From positions 1-62,993 of the forward strand of contig JAHFFN010000004.1 in the NCBI GenBank assembly GCA_023247915.1: a stretch of 62,993 nucleotides of DNA, in the 5' to 3' direction. The stretch is from Candidatus Omnitrophota bacterium. Its GTDB lineage: Bacteria; Omnitrophota; Gorgyraeia; 2-02-FULL-51-18. The notes under the pieces were generated by a model. That model ran no database searches. It was not told the origin of the DNA and saw only the letters and a list, made by a program, of their open reading frames with translations. Each line of letters opens with the position of its first letter. Position 1 is the first letter of the stretch. This document shows positions 37,024 through 45,215 of the stretch, in pieces. The position numbers were made by a program, and so were the translations under genes.

Positions 37024-37841
37024 GCGCCAAAAAAATTGTCGCTCTTTTGACGATCAGAAACGAAGCTTTGTATTTAAAAAAATGCTTGGAGCATTTAATT
37101 CATGAGGGGATTTTTGTTTATTTGATTGATAATGAATCGACGGACAATAGCCGGGAAATCGGAGAGGCTTATCGGGATAGAGGGGTGATCGGCGTTGAGA
37201 CGCTAAAATACCCGGGTTATTTTGATTTGACGGCGATATTAAAAAATGAAGAGCGTTTGGCGCGTGAAATCAAGGCGGATTGGTTTATTCATCATGATGC
37301 CGACGAGATCCGCCAGGCAGCCGCGCCTTATCCGACGCTTTTAGGAGGTATTGAGGCGGCGGATCAGGCGGGGTATAATGCCGTTAATTTTGATGAGTTT
37401 GTGTTTCTGCCGACGAGCACACAAGAATCCTTTGAAGGAACGGATTATTCTGAAGCCATGAAGTATTATTATTTTTTTGCTCCCAAGCCGCTTCGCCGTG
37501 TCAACGCGTGGAAAAACACAGGCCAGTCCATCGATTTGCATTCTTCGGCCGGACATGAGATTCAATTTAAAGAGCGAAGGATTTTTCCGGCCAATTTTAT
37601 ATTGCGACATTACATGGTTTTGAGCGCGGCGCATGCGATCCAAAAGTATCACGGTAAGATCTATTCCCCACGCGAGGTGGATGTTTTGGCATGGCACGGA
37701 TCTCGGCCATTTTTTGAGCCCGAGAAACTTCATTTTACCGCCGCTGAAAAATTAAAAAAACTGCGGGTAGACGGGGAATGGGATCGCTCAGAGCCTCGCT
37801 TGACGCATGAGTTTTTTGGAGAGTTGTCGCCATGCCATTAA
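37020..37841 (+). CDS. GT2-like glycosyltransferase
   Basis: ATGA overlap at 37020. IVALLTIRNEALYLKKCLEHL, VYLIDNESTDNS, IHHDADEI. Confidence 0.65.
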   Translation: MSAKKIVALLTIRNEALYLKKCLEHLIHEGIFVYLIDNESTDNSREIGEAYRDRGVIGVETLKYPGYFDLTAILKNEERLAREIKADWFIHHDADEIRQAAAPYPTLLGGIEAADQAGYNAVNFDEFVFLPTSTQESFEGTDYSEAMKYYYFFAPKPLRRVNAWKNTGQSIDLHSSAGHEIQFKERRIFPANFILRHYMVLSAAHAIQKYHGKIYSPREVDVLAWHGSRPFFEPEKLHFTAAEKLKKLRVDGEWDRSEPRLTHEFFGELSPCH

Positions 37842-38833
37842 TCGTTCCGATTTTAGGAATGCATCGTAGCGGCACTTCGTTTGTCGCCCGCGTTTTGCAC
37901 GAGGCGGGAGTGTATCTAGGCGAAAGCTTGATGGGTGTTGAAAGCTCCAATCTTCTCGGGCACTGGGAATCATGGGGCGCGGTAGCCATCAATGAGGAGA
38001 TTCTTTCAGATTCCTCCGGTTCGTGGAAAAATCCGCCGGCGCATATTGTCCCCACCATTCAGACGCAACAGAAAATCACTTCCTTTATCCAACAATTGAA
38101 TACCAAGTTGCCGGCAGGGTGGAAAGATCCCCGCACCACGTTGACATTTCCGCTGTGGGAAAAATCTTTGAACGGTTATTGCCTTATTGCTTGTTTCCGG
38201 CACCCTTTGAGCGTGGCGCATAGCTTGGCGACGCGGGATGGACTTCCCCTTCAAGAAGGTTTGGATCTGTGGGTGGACTACAACCAGGCGCTTAAAAATT
38301 ATTGTGAAGACAAGAAGGCGGAGGTGTTTTGGTTTGATTATGACGCCGATCCCGCCGAGCATTTTTTGATCATCCAGGCGATTTTAAAAAAATTGGGTCT
38401 AAATCCCACGGCGCGATCGATGAATTTATTTAACCCGCATCTCAAACATCATCAGTTTTCCGGAGCAACCGGTGATGCCAAGGTCGACGATTTGTACGCC
38501 TATTTAAAACAAAAAGCAAAGCAACAGATGAAAAATTTTTCAAGTGACTCTTTGTTGCATTCGCCATTAAAAGAAGATTCTAAGCTCTCGGAAATTCTTG
38601 ATTCTTTTTCAGCTCTCCATCAGCGAATCGACAGACGATTGAACGGGTTGGATCAAGCTCAGGCGCGCCTTTGGGAGAGTGTCCAGCGTGCCGAACGGCG
38701 TCTAGAGGCGCTGGAGGCTCAAGCCAAGGAATCCCGCGAATTTATCCGCCGAATTCAAGGTTCTTTCCCGTTTCGATTGCGCCGGGTATTTCTTAAAAAA
38801 ATCCAACAATGGAAGCATTTTTTTGAAAAATAG
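37832..38833 (+). CDS. Sulfotransferase domain fused to a C-terminal coiled coil
   Basis: VPILGMHRSGTSFVARVL (5'-PSB), WKDPRTTLTFPLW, CFRHPLSVAHSL (3'-PB). C-terminal heptad-rich LNGLDQAQARLWESVQRAERRLEALEAQAKESREFIRRIQ (nt ~38585-38760). Confidence 0.7.
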   Translation: MPLIVPILGMHRSGTSFVARVLHEAGVYLGESLMGVESSNLLGHWESWGAVAINEEILSDSSGSWKNPPAHIVPTIQTQQKITSFIQQLNTKLPAGWKDPRTTLTFPLWEKSLNGYCLIACFRHPLSVAHSLATRDGLPLQEGLDLWVDYNQALKNYCEDKKAEVFWFDYDADPAEHFLIIQAILKKLGLNPTARSMNLFNPHLKHHQFSGATGDAKVDDLYAYLKQKAKQQMKNFSSDSLLHSPLKEDSKLSEILDSFSALHQRIDRRLNGLDQAQARLWESVQRAERRLEALEAQAKESREFIRRIQGSFPFRLRRVFLKKIQQWKHFFEK

Positions 38834-39932
38834 AAAAATTTTATTTATCAGTCACGATGCCAGTCGCACGGGAGCGCCTAAGGCGCTTTTGACTCTTTTG
38901 CATTGGCTGAGGCGGCAGGAAGGTTTTTCATTTGAAATTTTGCTCCGAGAAGGGGGAGCGTTGGAGAGGGACTTCGCTGCTTTGGGTGTGTTGCACCGTT
39001 ACCAAGAATTAGGGGCGGATGGTTTTAAACAAAAACATCCGCAGGGTGCTTTCGATTTGGTTTATTCCAATACCATTGTCAACGGCGCTGTTCTCAAAGA
39101 AATTTCCTATTTACAATGCCCTGTGATCACGCATGTTCACGAGCTGGAGCACAATATTCGTCATGTGAACAGCAAAGCCTTTGAAGAGACAGTCCAATTC
39201 ACCGACCGATATATCGCCGCTTCTTTGACGGTCAAAGAAAATCTGATTCGAAACCATAAAATTCCGGAAAATGATATCGATTTGGTTTATGAATCGATTG
39301 AAATCCCATCCAACAAAGAGTCGATGGCGATCGCGGGAAGAAGTATGCGTAAAAGCCTGGGAATTCCCGCAGATAGTTTTGTGGTGGTAGCCTCTGGTAC
39401 CACAGACTGGAGGAAGAGCCCGGATTTGTTTATTCAATTGGCAAACGCCATTTTAAAAAAATCTCCCGCTCTTTTTCATTTTTTATGGGTGGGAGGCGCC
39501 GGCAGCGGCATCCGTTACGAAGAATTGATGCATGAGGTTCAGAAAGCTGGCTTAAGCCAAAGCGTCCGGTTTTTGGGGACGGTTTTGAACCCTCTCGATT
39601 ATTTTTCCGCCTGTGACGCGTTTTCATTGGTTTCTCGCGAGGATCCTTTTCCGCTGGTGATGCTGGAGGCCGCGGTGCTGGAAAAACCTGTGATTTGTTT
39701 TGAAGGCTCTGGCGGGGCGATCGAGTTTGTGGGCGACAACTGCGGAGCGGCGGTTCCTTATTTGGATGTGGAATCGATGGCGGAGACTTTAATCCGGTGG
39801 CAATCTTCGAAAGAGATGTGCCGCGTGATGGGAGCGCGCGCTTCCGCTAAAGTCAGAGAAGAGCACGACATTTGCGTGTTGGGACCAAAGATTCTGGAGA
39901 TTTTGGCCTCGGAAGTCTTGGTCAATCGATGA
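38823..39932 (+). CDS. GT4 (GT-B fold) glycosyltransferase
   Basis: TTG start overlaps the upstream end. KILFISHDASRTGAPKALLTLLHWL. SREDPFPLVMLEAAVLEKPVICFEGSGGAIEFV. Confidence 0.8.
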   Translation: MKNRKILFISHDASRTGAPKALLTLLHWLRRQEGFSFEILLREGGALERDFAALGVLHRYQELGADGFKQKHPQGAFDLVYSNTIVNGAVLKEISYLQCPVITHVHELEHNIRHVNSKAFEETVQFTDRYIAASLTVKENLIRNHKIPENDIDLVYESIEIPSNKESMAIAGRSMRKSLGIPADSFVVVASGTTDWRKSPDLFIQLANAILKKSPALFHFLWVGGAGSGIRYEELMHEVQKAGLSQSVRFLGTVLNPLDYFSACDAFSLVSREDPFPLVMLEAAVLEKPVICFEGSGGAIEFVGDNCGAAVPYLDVESMAETLIRWQSSKEMCRVMGARASAKVREEHDICVLGPKILEILASEVLVNR

Positions 39933-40978
39933 AGCTCATCGCGTTTTATTTGCCCCAATTTCATCCGATCGCCGAAAACGATGTCTGGTGGGGTGAGGGT
40001 TTTACGGAATGGACGAATGTCTCGAAAGCGAAGCCGCGTTTTAAAAAACACTACCAGCCGCACAAACCCTCCGATTTAGGTTATTACGATTTGCGAGTTC
40101 CGGAAGTGCGTAGCGCGCAAGCGGAGTTGGCGGCCGCTCACGGCATCCATGGTTTTTGTTACTATCACTACTGGTTTGAGGGTCGGCGTCTTTTGAATGA
40201 GCCGCTGGACGCGATGCTGGACTCTCAAACGCCTGATTTCCCTTTTTGTCTGTGCTGGGCCAATGAACATTGGACGCGGCGCTGGGATGGAAAGGATCAG
40301 GAAATTTTGATGCGCCAAACTTATTCCCAAGAAGATGATGTTCGGCACATTCAGTGGCTTCTCAATGTTTTTAAAGATAAACGCTACATCCGCGTGAACG
40401 GAAAGCCGCTACTTTTGATTTATCAAGCCCGCGCCTTGCCGGATCCGCTCCGCACCGCCGAGCTATGGCGGAGCCAGGCAAAAAAAGAGGGGATTGGCGA
40501 TATTTATTTGTGCGGCGTTGAGAGTTTTCCTACGGAGCACGGGGATCCGTCGGTGATTGGTTTTGACGCAGCCGTGGGATTTCAGCCGGAGTGGGGGCGT
40601 CTCGATAAACCGATTCGACCCTTTTGGGGCTCCAGAGCTTACCAAGAAAACAGGATTTTCGATTACAAAAACATTGTTGAAAAAATGATTTTAAAAAAAT
40701 CTCCCGCTTACCGGCGTTTTCCCTGCGTATTTCCGTCTTGGGATAATTCCGCCCGTCGCGAAAAGAACGCGGCCATTTTTATCAATTCGACTCCGGAGCT
40801 TTATGAAAAATGGCTTCGGTATACGATGGAAAATTATTTCAGAGAAGAGGATGAGAAGATTATTTTTATCAATGCCTGGAATGAATGGGGCGAGGGAAAT
40901 CATCTGGAGCCTTGCCAAATGTGGCAAAGAGGCTATCTCGAGGCGACCCAAAAGGCCCTGCGCTCAGTTTCCCGATGA
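39929..40978 (+). CDS. WbsX-family glycosyltransferase/glycan-processing protein
   Basis: ATGA overlap. MKLIAFYLPQFHPIAENDVWWGEGFTEWTNV is the hallmark WbsX (PF14307) N-terminus as I recall it. Confidence 0.8.
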   Translation: MKLIAFYLPQFHPIAENDVWWGEGFTEWTNVSKAKPRFKKHYQPHKPSDLGYYDLRVPEVRSAQAELAAAHGIHGFCYYHYWFEGRRLLNEPLDAMLDSQTPDFPFCLCWANEHWTRRWDGKDQEILMRQTYSQEDDVRHIQWLLNVFKDKRYIRVNGKPLLLIYQARALPDPLRTAELWRSQAKKEGIGDIYLCGVESFPTEHGDPSVIGFDAAVGFQPEWGRLDKPIRPFWGSRAYQENRIFDYKNIVEKMILKKSPAYRRFPCVFPSWDNSARREKNAAIFINSTPELYEKWLRYTMENYFREEDEKIIFINAWNEWGEGNHLEPCQMWQRGYLEATQKALRSVSR

Positions 40979-41667
40979 AGCTTAAAATTTATCAAATTTA
41001 TTATTCTTGGTTTCAGTGGTTTTCTGTTCAGCATGGCTTCAAACCTTATTTTAACGCCGGGAGCAACCGGTATTTAGAAAACCAGGTGATTTTAGACTGT
41101 TATCAAAATCATCGTTTCAAGAACTGCGATTATTTCGGGGTACTCAGCTGGCGATTCGAAGAAAAAACAAAATTAAACTTCGATCAAATCGCCAATTTTA
41201 TTAAAAAAGAAAAAAGTTCCGCGGACGTTTACGCGTTTTTTCAGGATCCGGATCAGCGTAGTCGCGTTAAAAAAAATATGTGGAAGCACGCGGTCGAGAT
41301 GTGGCATCCGCCTCTATTTATTGAAATTGGACAAATGATTTTTGACGAATTAAAAATCAAAGCCAATATCTTGGATCTGGAAACGCCTGTGATTTATTCC
41401 AACTATTGGATTGCCCGGCCGCAGGTATTCGCCGGTTATGTCGAGCGCCTGTTAGCACCGGCGGTGAAAATCATGGAAGAAAACGAGACGATCAAGCGCT
41501 TGTGTTACGAAGACTCCGGGTATGATCGACAAAAAAGCATTTCCATTAAGCAAAGAGAGAAGATTTTTGGAAGGCCTTATTTCACTTTTCATCCTTTTAT
41601 CTGTGAGAGACTTTTTAGCAGTTGGCTGGCCTTAAATCCGAACATCCGATTCAATTACATCTCATGA
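40975..41667 (+). CDS. Hypothetical cytoplasmic protein
   Basis: ATGA overlap at both ends. MKLKIYQIYYSWFQ... No motif recognised. Confidence 0.5.
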   Translation: MKLKIYQIYYSWFQWFSVQHGFKPYFNAGSNRYLENQVILDCYQNHRFKNCDYFGVLSWRFEEKTKLNFDQIANFIKKEKSSADVYAFFQDPDQRSRVKKNMWKHAVEMWHPPLFIEIGQMIFDELKIKANILDLETPVIYSNYWIARPQVFAGYVERLLAPAVKIMEENETIKRLCYEDSGYDRQKSISIKQREKIFGRPYFTFHPFICERLFSSWLALNPNIRFNYIS

Positions 41668-42803
41668 CAGGATTTATCAAAAGAGCTTTTGACCATCACG
41701 CGATAAAGTACGGTTGGGTTCCTCCGCCGGAGATCGACATTCTTTTTGTCAATCATGAAGAATCGCTGACGGGGGCTCCGGCTATCTTGCTGAGCATCGC
41801 CAAGCATTTTAAGAAGAAGCTTAAACCGGGGCGTTTGCGTGTCCTGTCTCGGCGCAAGGGAGACGCGCATGGGCGCTTCAAGGCGGAATTTGACATGATT
41901 TACCCGAGGGATTTTTACCCTCGACGATTGTACCCACGCCTCACGCCGTATCAATTGGCTAAAAAGTTTTTGAAGCTGTACCGGCCAAAACTGGTATACG
42001 CCAACTGCGTGGATTCCCATGAATACGTGAGAGCTGCCCGCGCATTGGGGATTCCCGTGATTTTGCATGCCCATGAATTGCGGCGGGGATTTTATGGAAA
42101 TCTAAAAGAAGGTGTTTTTAAAGAAGAGGGCATGGTCACTCATTTTGCTGATAGCGCGGATCACTTTATCTGCCCAAGCCAAGAAGTTTATGACTTGATG
42201 GTGAAAAGTTACGGAGTGCGCCCCGCGCAGTTGGATTTGGTGCATGAATTTATTGATACGGATGCGGTACGGCGCCAGTCTCTAGGAAAGTGTGGCAAGG
42301 GGCTCCACGAACCGTTGGTGGTGGCTTGCGGTGTCGGCGAGGATCGCAAAGGAGTGGATCGGTTTGTCGAGGTGGCGCGGCAAATGCCCGAGATCAACTT
42401 TGTGTGGATTGGAAAACTTTATATTTATCTCGGCGCCATCCCCAAAAATGTTTATTTCACGGATGCCGTACAAAATCCTTTTCCGCTGATGAAAAAAGCG
42501 GATGTGTTTGTGTTGATGTCCAAGGAAGACCCGTTTCCTCTGGTGGTGTTGGAGGCGATGGCTTTGGGAAGGCCGGTGATCACGCTTCGAGACAGTGGAG
42601 GTTCGCATCATGCGGTGGGGGAGGCGGGCGTGGTGATGGAGAAAATGGATGTCCCGGAGATGAAAAAACAGATTCGCCGCTTGTTGGATCATCCAGCGCT
42701 TCGAAAAGAATTGGGCGAAAAAGCCATGGCTCGCGTGGAGCGGGAATTTGGCGTGAACGCGGGGATTCAAAAAATTGAAAAAATAGTCGAGAGGTTTCTG
42801 TGA
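41664..42803 (+). CDS. GT4 (GT-B fold) glycosyltransferase, paralog of 38823..39932
   Basis: ILFVNHEESLTGAPAILLSIAKHF. SKEDPFPLVVLEAMALGRPVITLRDSGGSHHAV. Confidence 0.8.
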   Translation: MTGFIKRAFDHHAIKYGWVPPPEIDILFVNHEESLTGAPAILLSIAKHFKKKLKPGRLRVLSRRKGDAHGRFKAEFDMIYPRDFYPRRLYPRLTPYQLAKKFLKLYRPKLVYANCVDSHEYVRAARALGIPVILHAHELRRGFYGNLKEGVFKEEGMVTHFADSADHFICPSQEVYDLMVKSYGVRPAQLDLVHEFIDTDAVRRQSLGKCGKGLHEPLVVACGVGEDRKGVDRFVEVARQMPEINFVWIGKLYIYLGAIPKNVYFTDAVQNPFPLMKKADVFVLMSKEDPFPLVVLEAMALGRPVITLRDSGGSHHAVGEAGVVMEKMDVPEMKKQIRRLLDHPALRKELGEKAMARVEREFGVNAGIQKIEKIVERFL

Positions 42804-43564
42804 AGCCCTTGTCTCTGGCGAGAGAGGTGAAGCGAAAAACGCGGCACCGATTGCTTTGCGGGCATTTCTTGCTCAACCGGCATTGGCGACAGCGTCAAGG
42901 TCAGCCTCTTCCTAAAAAAATTCTTTTTGTACACATCATCAAAACAGCAGGCACCTATGTTTTTGATTATTTGGCGGAGCACCTGCGTTACGGAGGGTAC
43001 CGCGTGATCGACGTTGAATCTTCTAAGGATCATCGAAATCAGATCAATCATTATCTGGCTCAGGAGGCTATGAAAGACCGGCCGGATCGATTCATTCATT
43101 GTCACGCCGATTATCTGCCGAAGGAATTTTTTGAAAAGTTTTTGGAGCGCGGCTGGTTTTCTTTTTCATTTGTACGGCATCCAGGGGATTTGCTGTGTTC
43201 CTATTATTTTTATGCGCGCATCAATCCGGATTTTCATGCCGAAGGTTCTTTGGACGAATTTATTCGCGGGTGCTTAATGGGACGGTCTGGGTCGGGGACG
43301 ACACGCCTGGATTATTTTGGCATCCCGGCTTATTGGAAAAAAATGGACTTTGTCGCGGAATTCAGCGAGACTAATTTTAAATTCTTCTTAAAGAAATACT
43401 TCGGGCATCGGTACGCCCCGAAAGTGCCGATGAATGTCAGCGAGAATAAAGGGTACGCGTACTATTGCGATCAAGGCCAGATCAGCGCAACCACCCGCGC
43501 GATGCTGGAGGCGAGTGAGCAGTACCGGTGGTATCTCGAGATAAAAAATAAAGGCGTTTCTTAG
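42800..43564 (+). CDS. Sulfotransferase (Sulfotransfer_2-like)
   Basis: GTGA overlap. ILFVHIIKTAGTYVFDYL (H-x-x-K-T-G-G-T-type 5'-PSB) and FSFVRHPGDLLCSYYFY (3'-PB). Confidence 0.75.
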   Translation: MKPLSLAREVKRKTRHRLLCGHFLLNRHWRQRQGQPLPKKILFVHIIKTAGTYVFDYLAEHLRYGGYRVIDVESSKDHRNQINHYLAQEAMKDRPDRFIHCHADYLPKEFFEKFLERGWFSFSFVRHPGDLLCSYYFYARINPDFHAEGSLDEFIRGCLMGRSGSGTTRLDYFGIPAYWKKMDFVAEFSETNFKFFLKKYFGHRYAPKVPMNVSENKGYAYYCDQGQISATTRAMLEASEQYRWYLEIKNKGVS

Positions 43565-43568
43565 AAAA

Positions 43569-44642
43569 ATGGAATTGAATTTGAGCCGAGTGTTTAGAAA
43601 GATTTGGCATTATTTGCCCGCCCCCAGCGCTTGGAAAAGTTTCGTCAAGTCCTATGCGCTCAAAAAAGCGTCACCGGTGATCGATCAGTCAAAAATTTAT
43701 AAAAATTGGGTGAGCGCTTACCCGCCGCCTGAAAATAGGCGGAGACCGTTGTACTTGAGCTCGCCCGGCCGGGAAGCGTTTCGAGGATTGTCGGGAAGTC
43801 CTGAACTCATGGTTTCGATTATTATTCCGGTCTACAATCAATCTGAATTTACCTTGTGCTGTTTGGCGTCCCTTGTTTTTCACGGAAGCCGTCATTCTTT
43901 TGAGGTGATTGTGGTGGACGACGCCTCCACGGACAGTACTCAAACGCTTGTTTCAAGAATCGCTGGTGTGAGAATGGTTCGAATGCCCAAACGCTCAGGC
44001 TTTATTCGCACTTGCAACGAGGGTGCGCGCATGGCCAGAGGCCGTTATCTCGTTTTTTTAAATAATGACACAGAAGTCACCGGCGGATGGCTGGACGCGT
44101 TGATTGAACCGCATATAAAAGAAGAAGCGGTGGGAATCACAGGACCTAAACTTGTTTTTCCAGATGGAAGGCTTCAAGATGCCGGTACTCGTGTGGGTGC
44201 TGATGGAACGATTGAGACGCTGGGTCGTGATGCGGCCGCGAATGATCCCGCTTATAATGAGATGCGTGAAGTGGACGCGGTGTGTGGTGCTTGCTTGGCG
44301 ATTCAGCGAGATTTGTTTTTAGCGTTGGGAGGTTTTGACATTCGCTACGCGCCCGCTTATCGCGAAGACACGGATCTTTGTTTTCAAGTGCGCAAGGCCG
44401 GAAAGAAAGTGTTTTATCAACCATTTTCGACAGTGATTCATTATGAATCGGTGACCGCCAGTTCCGATGCCAGTCAGGACATTCGCAAATACCAATACAT
44501 CAATCAGAAGAAATTCAAAAAGAAATGGCGGAAGGATCTTGAGGTGTTAAGTTTGATCAATCAAAAAAATCTTTTGTTTTCAGATAATTCAAAATCTTCT
44601 CCGCGCAAGCTCGAGCAGACTCCCGATCCGTCCTTAATTTAA
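43569..44642 (+). CDS. GT2 glycosyltransferase (last gene of the operon)
   Basis: VSIIIPVYNQSEFTLCCLASL, VIVVDDASTDST, LVFLNNDTEV. Confidence 0.85.
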   Translation: MELNLSRVFRKIWHYLPAPSAWKSFVKSYALKKASPVIDQSKIYKNWVSAYPPPENRRRPLYLSSPGREAFRGLSGSPELMVSIIIPVYNQSEFTLCCLASLVFHGSRHSFEVIVVDDASTDSTQTLVSRIAGVRMVRMPKRSGFIRTCNEGARMARGRYLVFLNNDTEVTGGWLDALIEPHIKEEAVGITGPKLVFPDGRLQDAGTRVGADGTIETLGRDAAANDPAYNEMREVDAVCGACLAIQRDLFLALGGFDIRYAPAYREDTDLCFQVRKAGKKVFYQPFSTVIHYESVTASSDASQDIRKYQYINQKKFKKKWRKDLEVLSLINQKNLLFSDNSKSSPRKLEQTPDPSLI

Positions 44643-45093
44643 TCTCCGGCCTCAGAGGTTTTTGGTAAGGATCGGACACGCCGGTAAAATGGCGTATTTT
44701 TTTTGTTCGCGCCAATTTGTAATGCCCTTTGACATCCCGTTTTTCACAGACGGTGACGGGACAATCCAGATAAACTTCCACAAAATTTGAAATCGCTTTT
44801 CGCGCAAAGGCGCGATTAGCCCGGTAGGGGGAAACGAAGGCCGCGATCACCGCCAATTTTTTCTCCGCCCACAGCGACGCCATGCGCGCCGCTCTTCGAA
44901 TATTGAGATTTCTGTCCTTGGCGGAAAACCCCAGGTCTTTCGAATATTTTTTGCGAAACGAATCGCCGTCCAGGAGCTTGACGCGAAGTCCGTGATGGAG
45001 AAGTCTTTTTTTGATTTCCAGCGCCAGCGTGGTTTTGCCGGAGCAGGGAAGGCCGGTGAGCCAAAGAACAAACCCGTTGTTATGTTTTTTCAT
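44557..45093 (-). CDS. cysC: Adenylylsulfate (APS) kinase
   Basis: GFVLWLTGLPCSGKTTLA (P-loop), KLLDGDSFR, DLGFSAKDRNLNIRR, AAFVSPY. Its 3' end overlaps the convergent GT2 gene by 86 nt. Confidence 0.9.
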   Translation of the reverse strand: MKKHNNGFVLWLTGLPCSGKTTLALEIKKRLLHHGLRVKLLDGDSFRKKYSKDLGFSAKDRNLNIRRAARMASLWAEKKLAVIAAFVSPYRANRAFARKAISNFVEVYLDCPVTVCEKRDVKGHYKLARTKKIRHFTGVSDPYQKPLRPEIKLRTDRESARACAEKILNYLKTKDFFD

Positions 45094-45215
45094 CCCCTCT
45101 ATTTATGCCATAAATACAGTATTATGGGAATAAAAACTCATCATTTACTTTAATTAGTAATCCTTACTATTCCTTGACTAGGCTTAATAGAGCTTATTGA
45201 TTTTATCCAAAAACA

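Noticed and set aside
42282-42778. Two 162-aa ORFs (42290..42778 on + and 42282..42770 on -) lying inside the GT4 gene 41664..42803.
   Set aside because: The GT4 frame carries the conserved EDPFPLVVLEAMALGRPVI motif. The alternative frames give Gly/Arg-rich nonsense typical of a locally GC-rich stretch.
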